This document shows, in pieces, positions 52,688 through 64,000 of a stretch of DNA of 64,000 nt (its first letter is position 1; each line of letters opens with the position of its first letter). The DNA is taken from the NCBI GenBank assembly GCA_964016885.1, contig OZ024742.1, forward strand, positions 155,310,001-155,374,000. Reading direction: 5' to 3'. Below the pieces are notes generated by a model. It searched no databases. It saw only the letters and a program-made list of their open reading frames with translations, and was not told where the DNA came from. The position numbers were made by a program, and so were the translations under genes. The DNA comes from Eledone cirrhosa. Lineage: Eukaryota.

Positions 52688-53357
52688 CACTGACGAAAAT
52701 AATGAAAATGTATGATCTGCAATTTGTAAACCCTTATATAATTATTACCAACCTCATCAAAAACGGGTTTGCTTATTTATTTTGCTACATTCCATTATAA
52801 TTTAAAAGAGTTTGTGGGATGTCAGAACAGCTGTATAATTTATTGATAACAAGGACAGGAAGTAAATAATATTAATTGTTCATGCATAAAAAAAATGTCA
52901 TTTTCATATAAACTTCAAAATATATTAGAAAAACCAAGGGAAAAAATCAAATAAATTGTTTATAATTTATTTCATTTTTAATATTTCCTTTCGCAATAAT
53001 TGTCTTTAATAATTAAAATAATCAAAAGTTATAAAAAATTAATGTAATGCCTTATGTAATATAACTTCAAATTATATTCTTGACGCAATGTCGACAATTA
53101 TTAATTCATTTCTCATTAATGTTTCATTATTTCTTTTACATGGAACGAAAATTCAATTAGAATCCAGACTAATAGAGTCAAACATGAATAACACGCAACG
53201 ATATTTGTTGAACATAAAATCAATCCCTTCTTATTAAATATGCATTGCAGTATAAGTTAGTTTTTCACTAAAATCATTGTGTATTTATGAAAAGCACGAA
53301 TTTCACACCCCATGAATCTCTCTCTCTCTCTCTCGCTACCGCTCTCTCTCTCGCTAC

Positions 53358-53419
<62 letters not shown>

Positions 53420-53513
53420 GTATATATGTATGTATATATAGGAAAATAATCAATTCCCGACGGCTTAGCTCCGGCCGTTTCGACACTAGATCGGAACTAA
53501 TATAGTAGTATTA

Positions 53514-53697
53514 TGGATTGGAAGTATCAGTAGAGGGTCGGACGCCATGCTTTCCAGCATAGTTACGTCCCTTTACGATCAGAGTCCAAATCCCGCCGAA
53601 GTTGACTTTGCCTTTCATCCTTACGGGGTCGATAAAATAAAGTACCAGTAATGCACTGGTTAATTGCTGGCCTTGTGCCTAAAGTAGAAACAATTAT
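53514..53697 (+). mobile_element. SINE, subfamily A
   Basis: Reverse complement of the 328-508 type (gctttccagcatagttacgtccctttacgatc). Confidence 0.88.
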
Positions 53698-54017
53698 GAG
53701 GGAAGAGACTTAGCTGAACTTATCATGGGGTACAGTCCTTATATGGGCATACAATCAAAACAGGGGATGTATAAATGCATATATATAAATAAATATATAT
53801 ATATATATATATATAATTGTGTGTATATGTTTGTTTTAAAAATACGAAATTTCTATAAACACACACACACATACACACACACACACACATATATATATAT
53901 ACATACATAGATATATATATATATTACCCACTCTACTATCCGAAGTATCGAGTATCCTGGTGCGTTATGGTCCACCTGTTATCTTACCACACCTTCTTTG
54001 TTATATATATATATATA

Positions 54018-54203
54018 TTGGTAAAAGGAAAAGAAAATGCTGACAAATTGTTCCCAGTGAAAAATAGTTTAATTAAGAATGAGAAAAAATTAGTAATAAG
54101 TATTGGTTAGTATTCAGTTTTAGATTTAAATTTTCACCGGTTGCGCATTTCTAATGCTTTTCAAAAATAATTTTGAGATAGTGTGCCCGTGATGTTTGCT
54201 CTA
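54018..54203 (+). mobile_element. Solo terminus of the 15235-16432 element family in (TA)n
   Basis: ttggtaaaagg...aaaatgctgacaaattgttc...accggttgcgcatttctaatgcttttcaaaaataattttgagatag...gtttgctct matches 15235-15428. Confidence 0.8.
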
Positions 54204-54280
54204 ATATATATATATACATATATATATTTATCTATCTAGCTATCTGTCCTTCTGTCTATATATCTCTGTATATATATATA

Positions 54281-54410
<130 letters not shown>

Positions 54411-54416
54411 TATATT

Positions 54417-54447
<31 letters not shown>

Positions 54448-55266
54448 ATATATACAAACAGAAACTGAATATTGGTATCCCACGTCTATGTCTCTACGCC
54501 CCCATATATATATATATTATACTAGTGGTAAATATGAGTTGTACAATTTGTTCCATATTCAAGACAACTTTAATTTTTGATGTACCATTCAACAGCTCAG
54601 TGATTGTGGCGCCATATCTCAACGTGTGTATTTAAAAACTGTCGTTTCTCTAATTAAGTTATTGATCAGGTTGTCGAGAAGTATTAGCTATGAAAAGAAA
54701 CGATACAATTATCATGAATGGTATATTCTTTTCAGCTTTTTCCCTATGACATTATCTAGTTATATCCAATTTTAGTAGCTAATGTAATGTGATACTTCGA
54801 TAATAACCGACATAATTCATTACTATACGAATCCTTTTGGAAAGGGAGACAATATCAATCAGTAACCTTTGGTGTAATAACATTCTCAAACCCATTACCC
54901 ATGCAACGACAGATCTATAGGTGTTGGCATACATGATATATTTTATTGAAATATTTATTCGTTATAGAATCATTCTGCCTAGTCTCACATGTTTTACACT
55001 TCTGTTCCATGTTTCAAACGTGCCACATTTTGTAAATGTGCGAATCATCTCAGCCTACATTTAGATGTTGTGATATTTCTTTGACTATCATTTCTAAGTC
55101 AAATTATATGACAACTGTTATGAAAACTTTTAACAAAATAAAAATGTTTAGTGGTATAGATGATGTATGATGCATTCTCTTTCACATTGAAATCTATGAT
55201 TATTGATTTCATGAGGTTGTTGCTCTTCAGTCACATATTAAGATCGCAATATTTACCGCTCTACAG

Positions 55267-55403
55267 GGCGGTAGAGGCTCGGACGCCATGCGTTTTAGCA
55301 TAGTGTTACGGGGTCGATTAAATAAAGTACCAGTCACGCATGTGGGGTCACTTTAATCGACTTTCCCCTCCTCCAAATTGCTGGCCTTGTGCCTATGCAA
55401 GAA
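55267..55403 (+). mobile_element. Internally deleted SINE
   Basis: Head and tail of the SINE without the B-box core. Flanked by caatatttac(c)gctct direct repeats. Confidence 0.7.
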
Positions 55404-55675
55404 TCCAATATTTACGCTCTCTCTTAATTTCTTTTCTTCACGTTTTCGCTCATTTTCACCCCTACCGCTCTGCCTCTCTCTGTGGAATTGTACAAATTAA
55501 TTTAAGATCTCATTATGTCATTTGATGTCACACTACTAAGCATTATCATTTTCAGAATTCATTTTTTTTCTTATAACAAATGATGGGGGAAATATTGCGT
55601 TTCACAACACATGAAGGGAATATCCTTCTTATAATTTAAAAACGTCATGTTTCAAGGACGCAGAGTAATACACTA

Positions 55676-55816
55676 TCTTCTTCTTCTTCTTCTTCTTCTT
55701 CTTCTTCTTCTTCTTCTTCTTCTTCTTCTTCTTCTTCTTCTCTTGCTCCTCTTCATCCTTCCCTCCTTCTCTTCCACCTCCTCCTCCTCATCTTCTTCTT
55801 CTTCTTCTTCTTCTTC

Positions 55817-55892
<76 letters not shown>
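55676..55892. repeat. Compound (CTT)n/(TTA)n microsatellite (LINE target)
   Basis: Direct reading; abuts the 3' end of the R4/Dong copy. Confidence 0.95.
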
Positions 55893-55893
<1 letters not shown>

Positions 55894-58451
55894 GTTATTG
55901 TTATTCCTTGAATCTCAGTCATTGATGTTGGTTAACTGGAAAGTCCGTTGGATTGAATACCAAGCCACTACCTGCAGCCTCAGATATTCAGGACGTATCG
56001 GAGGGTTCTTGCCGTTCCAAGCAAGCATGCCTTTTGAAGCGTTCCAAAAAGCGTGAAGGGGCCGATTTTCTTTAACCATCCCTGGAAACCTTTGGAGATA
56101 GTCCCCAGTGCGCCTATGACAAGCGGGATCACTTTGACGTCATGGCAGTTCCAAATCCTTTTCACCTCCCACTTTAGGTCCTGGTATCGGTTAATTTTCT
56201 CCCTCTCCTTCTCTTGCACTCTCCTGTCGAACGGGCAGGCCACATCCACAATCAGGCACGATCTTTTTTCTTTGTCCACAACCACCAGGTCAGGTCTATT
56301 GTGTTCCAGTTTTTTGTCCGTCTGTATCCTAAAATCCCACAGCACCTTCACCTGACTGTTCTCCATCACCGCCTCTGGCCTATGCTCATACCATTTCTCA
56401 GAATGTGGTAGATTGTTTACTTTGCACAGGTGCCAGTGGATCACCCTGCCCATCACATCGTGTCTCCAGCCCTTATAGTGGGTCTGGGCTAGGTGTTTAC
56501 ACTCGGACACAATGTGAGCCACAGTCTCCTCTCTCTCTCCACAGATCCTGCACAGTGGGCTAGCCTCCTCCTTGTAGATATGGTGCTTCAACCACTTCGT
56601 TTTGAGGGCCTGCTCCTGCGCAGCCATTAGCATTCCTTCTGTAGCCTTTTTGAGGTCTCCTCTTCTCAACCAGTTCCATGTCTGTGGATCTCTAAATTCA
56701 GTTTTCTCAAAGAAGGTACTATGAAGGGATTTTCCCTTAAGGCTTTTCTTCCTTCTTGATGTTATTTCCTCCTTGGATATCCCCTGGCCTACTGTCCCCT
56801 CCTTCAGTACAGCTCTGAGCATTGGCTCCTTACTATAGGTCACGTATTTGTATAGGTTGTTTTTCTCCATCTGAACACAGTCCTCTATGCTGATAAGACC
56901 TCTTCCACCCTCAGATCTCCTTAGGTAGAGTCTATCGACATCACTCCTCTTATGGAACATGTTGTAGATAGTCAATATCTTCCTAGTCTTCCTATCCATT
57001 TCTTTTTGTTCAGCAACATTCCATCTCAGAATTCCCGCACTGTACCTAATAATAGACACAGCTCGGGAATTTACTGCGCTTATGGCATTTCTGCTGTTCA
57101 GATGTGACTTCAATACGCTCCTTACTCTCCGAATGTATTCAGTTCTTAACAATTCCTTCATTTTTTTGTTCTTTATGCCATCAGCCTCCAGAACGCCCAA
57201 ATACTTGTATCCTTCCTCAGAGTCAATTTCCTTTATCATCTCACCTGTTGGTATCTGGATCCCGTTACTTCTGCTCAACCTACCCCTCTTCATCACAATG
57301 ACTCCACATTTACCAATACCAAACTGCATACATATATCACTGCTGAAAATACGGACAGTGTCAACAAGCACATCCAACTCCTTCTCACTTTTCCCGAAGA
57401 GCTTAAGATCATCCATGAAGAGGAGGTGATTGATGGTAAGCTCTCCCCTTCCCAACTTGTATCCTGCTCTCACTTTTCGCAGCATAATGGTCAAGGGCAT
57501 CAGGGCAAGGACAAACAACAGATGGGACAGGCTATCTCCCTGGAAGATACCTCTCTTGATCTTCACGCTTCCCAAGGATACTCCAGTTGATGTCAACTCT
57601 GTCTCCCAGGACCCCATACTCCTGTCCAGCAACTGTCTGATGTTATCTGCCACCCTGAAGATCTCCAAGCTTTTGGTGATCTAGGAATGAGGCACCATGT
57701 CAAATGCCTTTCTGTAGTCTATCCATCCCATGGCAAGATCAGTGTGTCTCCTCCTGCAATTCCCCATTACCATCTTATCAATAAGCAACTGGTCCTTTGT
57801 ACCACGTGACTTCTTTCGGCATCCTTTCTGTTCGTCCGGTAACAAGTTGTTTGTGTGGAGGTGATGGTAGATTTCCTCAGACACAATGCTCGTCAACAGT
57901 TTCCACATTACGGGCAGACATGTGATAGGTCTATAGTTGGTAACATCATTACCCTTGATTCGGTCTTTCATTATCAGAACTGTGGTACCTTTTGTCAACC
58001 ACTCTGGCACCTCACCCGACACCAAGCAGTCATTGAACATGGCCGTCAGCTTCGGGTGGAGGGATGTTAAATGTTTAATCCAATACCCCTGCACACCATC
58101 TGGGCCTGGTGATTTCCAGTTGGTTAGTTTTTTGGCTTGCCCCTTAAGAGTTTCAACTGTGATACTCAAATCAGTCTGTTGTTGTGCCTGCTCACCGATC
58201 TCCCTCTGTACTGTCTCAATCCACCCTGCCTGGGCATTGTGTCTAACATCCTGCTCCCATATTCCTCTCCAGAATGTTTTAGCTTGTTCCGCCCCAGGGA
58301 TCAAGTCGTTGCCTCTTTCTTTCCCCTCAAGCTGTCCAAACAGCATCTTCTGGTTGTTGTCGAACATGCGGTTCTGTTTATACTGACTGACTCTGTTCTC
58401 GTATCGCCTGATTTTGGCACTCTTTGCTACAATGCGTTGCTTCAATTCCTC

Positions 58452-58452
<1 letters not shown>
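55893..58452 (-). mobile_element. 5'-truncated R4/Dong-type LINE family A, second long copy
   Basis: Nearly identical to 25087-27635. ORF interrupted by TGG>TAG at 57681-57683. Both ends lie in (TAA)n. Confidence 0.93.
55980..57668 (-). CDS. R4/Dong RT-knuckle-RLE open frame (downstream of premature stop)
   Basis: 562-aa ORF with GIFQGDSLS, LFMDD, CRIC...H...C and RPD motifs. Confidence 0.85.
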   Translation of the reverse strand: MEIFRVADNIRQLLDRSMGSWETELTSTGVSLGSVKIKRGIFQGDSLSHLLFVLALMPLTIMLRKVRAGYKLGRGELTINHLLFMDDLKLFGKSEKELDVLVDTVRIFSSDICMQFGIGKCGVIVMKRGRLSRSNGIQIPTGEMIKEIDSEEGYKYLGVLEADGIKNKKMKELLRTEYIRRVRSVLKSHLNSRNAISAVNSRAVSIIRYSAGILRWNVAEQKEMDRKTRKILTIYNMFHKRSDVDRLYLRRSEGGRGLISIEDCVQMEKNNLYKYVTYSKEPMLRAVLKEGTVGQGISKEEITSRRKKSLKGKSLHSTFFEKTEFRDPQTWNWLRRGDLKKATEGMLMAAQEQALKTKWLKHHIYKEEASPLCRICGEREETVAHIVSECKHLAQTHYKGWRHDVMGRVIHWHLCKVNNLPHSEKWYEHRPEAVMENSQVKVLWDFRIQTDKKLEHNRPDLVVVDKEKRSCLIVDVACPFDRRVQEKEREKINRYQDLKWEVKRIWNCHDVKVIPLVIGALGTISKGFQGWLKKIGPFTLFGTLQKACLLGTARTLRYVLNI

Positions 58453-58512
<60 letters not shown>

Positions 58513-58642
58513 TTCCTCCTCCTCCTCCTCTTCCTCCTCATCACGTTTCTCCTCCTCCTCCTCCGACTATTCTTCTTCTTCTTCTTCTTCTTCTTCTTCT
58601 TCTTCTTCTTCTTCTTCTTCTTCTTCTTCTTCTTCTTCTTCT
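58453..58642. repeat. Compound (TTA)n/(CCT)n/(CTT)n microsatellite
   Basis: Direct reading. Confidence 0.95.
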
Positions 58643-59049
58643 TTGTCCCTTATTCCTGGAAGAGTCATTTGGTGCCGAGTCCACACACAAGGGTTCCTCT
58701 CAGAAAGTGGGGTTAACTCGTGTTTGATGAAGGAACGGAGTTAGAAAAATAAACGACAAAAGAAGGCTGGACAGAGTTTACACCCAAGGCCTTCTTGAAT
58801 CACTTGTTTTCATTCGTGAAGCACTTACAAGCAAATATATCCGGTGCATGTCATTTAGACTGCAACTCTAACATTTCTGCAAATAATATACTTTTAGTAT
58901 GATTTAAACAATCAGCTTATGCAGGAAAACTAAGTTCATAGAAACAGAATATGTATGAATACATATGATAACATTTAATTTTGTTTGAATTAGTTCCCTC
59001 TAATTTGTACTGGTAAATTGCATGTGTGTATATATGATTATAATTGTAT

Positions 59050-59112
<63 letters not shown>

Positions 59113-59204
59113 ATATATGTGTGTGTGTGCAGGTGTGTGTGTGTGTGTTCGCGAACTGGTCATTTTATTTTACTTAATGTTAATGATTTTTGTTCTCATT
59201 TCAG

Positions 59205-59299
59205 AACCCAATTTCCACCTGCCTGTTATGAACGTGACCTATGTTTCCGGTACGACAGCAATTTTGCCATGTTCCGTGGAACACCTAGGCGATTATTCG
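59205..59299 (+). CDS. Internal coding exon of an Ig-superfamily cell-surface protein (Dpr/DIP/lachesin/IgLON-like, first strands of an Ig domain)
   Basis: Polypyrimidine acceptor tttttgttctcatttcAG and donor GTAAGT. The 95 nt (phase 1 to phase 0) encode (E)PNFHLPVMNVTYVSGTTAILPCSVEHLGDYS, matching the P-x-F...NVT...G-x-TA-x-LPC-x-V-x-x-LG-x-Y pattern. Confidence 0.82.
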
Positions 59300-59343
59300 G
59301 TAAGTTAATTTGGTATCCTTCTCATATATATATATATACACAT

Positions 59344-59422
<79 letters not shown>

Positions 59423-59429
<7 letters not shown>

Positions 59430-60990
59430 CAATTCAATATATTTGGCAGAAAGTAAAACATAGATGCTTCAGATTTCATGTAAGGAGGGGAGAGGGGGGC
59501 AACATTTACACAGTCGGAAACACAGTGGTCCAACACCGGTCCAATTTCGCCTTGAATTGTTGCGTGGTTGGCGCGTTGACTACTTCTTCTGGAAGCCGAT
59601 TCCAGGGTCCAGAGATACGTTTCGAGAAAGCAGCTTTCTGTCTATTTAGGCGAAAGCGGCGGTGAAACACCTTTTTGTCATGTCCACGTAGACCCGTTTC
59701 AAGTGCCTGAGTGAATAGGAGATCTTGAGGGAGATTGTAATGGCCATTCAAGAGATTGTAAGCCAAAATGAGATCGCCTCGTAGCCATCGACGCTCCAAG
59801 GAGAAGAGGTCCAGCTTCTGCAGCCGATTTCGTAGGGCAGCTCATGAAGACCCTGTACCATTCCAGTCGCTAGTCGTTGAACTCTCTCCTAGTGATGGAT
59901 ATCCCGGATGAGATATGGGTTTGATGCTTGGATGCCATATTCTAAGTGCGGTCTCTCGAGGGCGACATAAAGAGGCCTGACATTTTCTGGAGTGAGTTTG
60001 GCCAAGAAGAGTCGAATAAGAAAAAGAGAGCTCCTCGCCTTGTTTGCGGCTTGAATGCAATGTTTTGATGGTTTGAAGGACGAGTCGACGAGCAGCCCAA
60101 GATCTTTAGTCTCCTCAACTTCCTTGAAAGGAGCAGAGGCACCGTTGGGATTAAGAGCTTAGTTATAAGGTGTAACCACTGCCATTTGGCAACACTTATC
60201 AACATTGAGGTATACATTCCAGTCAACGTACCAACTCCAGGCGCGCTGGAGGCTGGACTTGAGATTGTCGACCTCGCTCCTACGGGCTACCATCTTCACA
60301 TCATCTGCAAATAGGAGCATGTTTCCACCAATCACATGTATAGAACTAAGAAAATTGGGCCCAACTAAGAGCCCTAGGACACGCCACTGCCTACACCCAC
60401 CCACGATGACAAAACTGCCAATGATCCAAACTCTGCAAGTACGACCGTCAATAAATGATCCAATCCACTTTATAATCGAGTCATGGAGACCATAGTTGCT
60501 GAGCTTCTACAGGAGCAGGCGGTGGTTGACAGAGTCAAAGGCTTTGGCGAAGTCGAGAAAGATAATATCGGCCGCATCTCCATCGTCCACTATCATCCTC
60601 ACCAATTCTTCCATCACGAGTAGGTTTGTGAGACAGGAACGTTTCGGGATGAACCCCTGTTGAGATGGAGAGATGGCAGTGAAAGACGCAAGATGAGCAA
60701 TAATTGCCCGCTTGATTAGAGATTCCAAGGCCTTACAGACAATTGAGGCGAGGCTCACGGGTCTGTAGTTCACCGGGTCTTCTTTGTCGCCTTTTTTAAA
60801 GATAGGGCAAATTGTACCTACTTTCCAGTAGGCATGAACAACTCCGGTAGCCAATGATAGGTTGAATAGTGTGGCTAGATGTTTAGCAAGGTTGGGTGCA
60901 ACTGCACCCAAACTTGCTGGATGTAGACCGTCTGGACCATGCCCCTTATACACATATAAGGACAAATGCAACTTTTCCACTTCGTCCGGT
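59423..60990 (-). mobile_element. Decayed CR1-clade LINE (RT and 3' end) with (TTGAA)n tail
   Basis: Motifs GPDGLHP, NYRPVSLASIVCK, DFAKAFDSVNH, LFADD, ERRWLRGDLILAY and LRGH...WNRLPEEVV...FKAKLD. The attcaattcaattcaat tail is at 59423-59438. Confidence 0.9.
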
Positions 60991-61614
60991 ATATAATGTT
61001 ATGAAACGAAAGGAGCTGTGTGGTTACTCAAAACAAGGTTTAGGATGGGGGTTAGGACGGAACAGGAGGAGAAAGGAAGAAAGGAGTTTCCATCGTCAGC
61101 TGTAAATCTTTCCCGAACCGATGTTTCGGCGCTGAATTACAGGACATCGTTGTAGTTCGGGTGCGCCCGGGGCTTTTTATTAATCAAAAGGCCAGGTGGA
61201 AAAGGAGAGAGAAAGAGAGAAAGAAGTGTACAGGTCCCATCGCGGGAAGACACAGGTGAAAGAAACATGCACAAATGTAATCGTGGAAAGATAGGGAAAG
61301 TAAGTTGTGGCCAAACTGGGAGACTTTAGCCTGGTGGTCAGCTACGACTGGGAGCAGGTATAATTGTGCTGCCTCTCACATAGGCAGGAGAAAGTGAGAG
61401 AGCGACACGGGCAACAATATAAAAAATTGGAAACATAGGTGAAGTTAAAACACCTCAAAATGCAGTAATTTATTATAATGAACAGTACATAAAGGCTATG
61501 TTTAATAATTCTTTGAATACTTTTTTTCAAACAAGCATGTGTACACAATTCTCTAAGGTTAGAAATAATTATTACGCTTGAAGTAAATTATTCATTAAAG
61601 TAATTACCAAATAC

Positions 61615-61756
61615 GATTTTGTTGTCTAGTGGTTAGAATTCCTGGCTTTCGCCTGGGCGGTTCGGGTTCGATTCCCGGTATGGGAACGCATGTTTCTTCA
61701 TGGGTGGTCTCTCAGAGTGGCCTCAGTCGGATGGCTGGAACATGTAAAAGAGTAAT
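61615..61756 (+). mobile_element. tRNA-Glu(TTC)-derived sequence (61615-61686) with SINE-like tail
   Basis: gtctagtggttagaattcctggctTTCgcctgggcggttcgggttcgattcccggtatgggaa closely resembles eukaryotic tRNA-Glu, but the 5' acceptor strand is lost. The tail tggcctcagtcggatggctggaac...aaaagag recurs at 62043-62098. Confidence 0.7.
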
Positions 61757-63851
61757 ATATATATATACCTTTGGAATAGAATGCGCGTGTGTGCGTAGGT
61801 ATGTATACACATGTTCATCGAGTTAATAATATACTACCATTGTTATGAATGTATTTTTATTTCATGTAAACATTGAAGTACCATATAAGAATGACATTTT
61901 CAAATTTATTTCAAACTTAATATTGTATTTTGATTTGTATAAAATATATAGCTACGAAACAATTTGATAAGTCCATATTACTTCGCCTAACCTTTCATAC
62001 TAACCAAAATATTGTAAAACAAATTCAAATATATATATATGTCTGGTGCCCCAGCATGGCCTCAGCCGGATGGATGGAATATTTAAAAGAATAAAAGATG
62101 TATATATATATATAATCTGTCAAAAAATTTACGGCATGCATGCTCAACATTTCCTGCTCCCTGTCTCTATGTTTAGCTCCTTCACATAAACTTACACACA
62201 TATAAGTATGTATCTCAGTGTGCCTCTGCGTGTGTGTGATTGTTACATTTATACATCAGTTACCTAAATATTCATAACGATGCTATTATTTTTAATAGCA
62301 CGAATGTCTCTTGTTCAACATGAATCAACAATTTAGTGAGGTGCTTATATATTTATAATATAGAACGTTAATGTTACAGGAAATTAAGAAATAAACAAAT
62401 AAATACTGGTCGACGCTTTCCTCGTTGGTGACTTTATCAATTGAAATTCATATCAGTAATATTCATAGGCATAGGCGTAAATATTGTCTTACCTCCACCA
62501 TAGAATATGTTGTAAATTATGAGCATCTTTATTCAGACACCTGCACACATTTGTCTATTCACTCAGTGTTCATTCATGGATTAGGCTCGCTGGCATATCT
62601 AAGCCCGTAAATAGGAAAACATTTAAGAGTCAGTCATACATTTGTTCAGCTCAATAAAGAAAATATCTTGATATTCTATTAAAAGCCTCTTTCTTTTCAA
62701 GTATCTCATAGCTAATATGTTTCTAGTTAGCATGGATATTACACTTGCTTCTACAATATTCGGTAATTTTATCCGCAAGGGATACATATTCAATTTATAC
62801 ATCAATGTATTACCCCTAATTGTCATATACATCATGGAAAATGTGTAATGGTCATGAAATATAATTTTCCTCTAACATATACTTGTATAAATGGCATGTG
62901 TTGAAAATATAAATAGATAGACCTTTAAAACTCATAACAGATATAGCATATTTGATTTTTTCACATATATCGATACACTTCATCAAAAAGTATAATCATA
63001 ATTGTTAATATATACATGTTTTCACGCCCCCATCAAAACAAATACATTTACATATATATGAATGTATTCAAAATTGTATAATACTAAACTATTGAATATA
63101 TCTTTCATGCATTACTAATTTATGCAACATTTCAAGAAAATATTAAAATGATGACGCAAAAGCGCTGCTTTCAAATATTATATATAGCTTTGTATATTTC
63201 ATAATGATTAAATTTATGTTATTGTACAGTAAATATATATGATCCCAGTAAATAAGAGATTTTCGATAACATTCTAGACGGGATTTATTAACAACAACGG
63301 ATAATCAGAAAGAGAAATTAACTAAAACTTCAGTTTATCTGATGACTGGGAAAGGTGAAGAAAATATATAGTGTCTTGCTCGGGCATCAAATATTTCCTC
63401 ATGATGAGAATCATCATTAATTGATTGGATATACAGTATACTGAGATTGACTTTTGCCAATAATATCTTGCTAGGTATTAAATTGCATTTTCTTATAATT
63501 TATCAATATTTTCCATATAGCAATATGTTAACAAAAGAATAATATTAACATAATATACATAGAATAATCTATTTATACAAACACGCATTATATCGTGTTA
63601 GGTTGTAAAAAAGATAGTCAATTTGGATAACAAAGTAATGTTTTACCCAGTATATTCTAACACGATAATTGTATCATTTCCCTTTCACATTGTAATAACA
63701 TGTTGAATGTATCTCCTTTATTATCCTTTTCTATATGTCTAACGCATTGGATCGGCTTTTTGGAATATATAAATATATACATTAGAGGGATATATATATA
63801 TATATATATACAATATTAAATAAATGGAAACTATATTTATAAAACCATATT

Positions 63852-63917
63852 TATTTCATTATATATATTTCAGGGATATCATATTAACAATATGCTATGC
63901 CTTCCTCAGACAAAATA
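63852..63917 (-). ncRNA. Type I hammerhead ribozyme, same family as 45619-45683
   Basis: Minus strand: tattttgt CTGAGGA agg-c-atagcatatt-gtt-aatatgatat-ccct GAAA tatata TA atgaaata. Flanks match 45590-45705, and the 3' end faces (TA)n at 63791-63810. Confidence 0.8.
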
Positions 63918-64000
63918 CAATATAAACAGTTTTATAGATAAATAGATTCGACATACCGTAACAACATCGACTTTTATTTAATCTGTTTGGTATGATGCTT

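Overview
This is AT-rich, microsatellite-saturated animal DNA. The dominant tRNA-related SINE and overall repeat landscape suggest an octopod cephalopod (inference only). The only credible host coding sequence is one 95-bp exon (59205-59299, +) encoding the start of an Ig domain of the Dpr/DIP/lachesin type, so much of the window may be intron. Recognisable retroelements: about 14 SINE copies in two subfamilies; a decayed L1/Tx1 LINE; a stack of three R4/Dong-type (RT + restriction-like endonuclease) LINEs in (TAA)n tracts, plus a further sister copy; RTE and CR1 fragments; and tRNA-like sequences. The most notable signal is not in the ORF track. At least 8 well-formed and several decayed type I hammerhead ribozyme motifs (CUGANGA...GAAA-stem III-NUH, several with palindromic minimal stem III) lie in short non-coding elements embedded in (TA)n tracts. 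Several are arranged as divergent inverted repeats with 3' ends facing the TA repeats. This fits a population of non-autonomous Penelope-like/retrozyme elements targeting TA microsatellites. Folds were assigned by eye and catalytic activity is untested.
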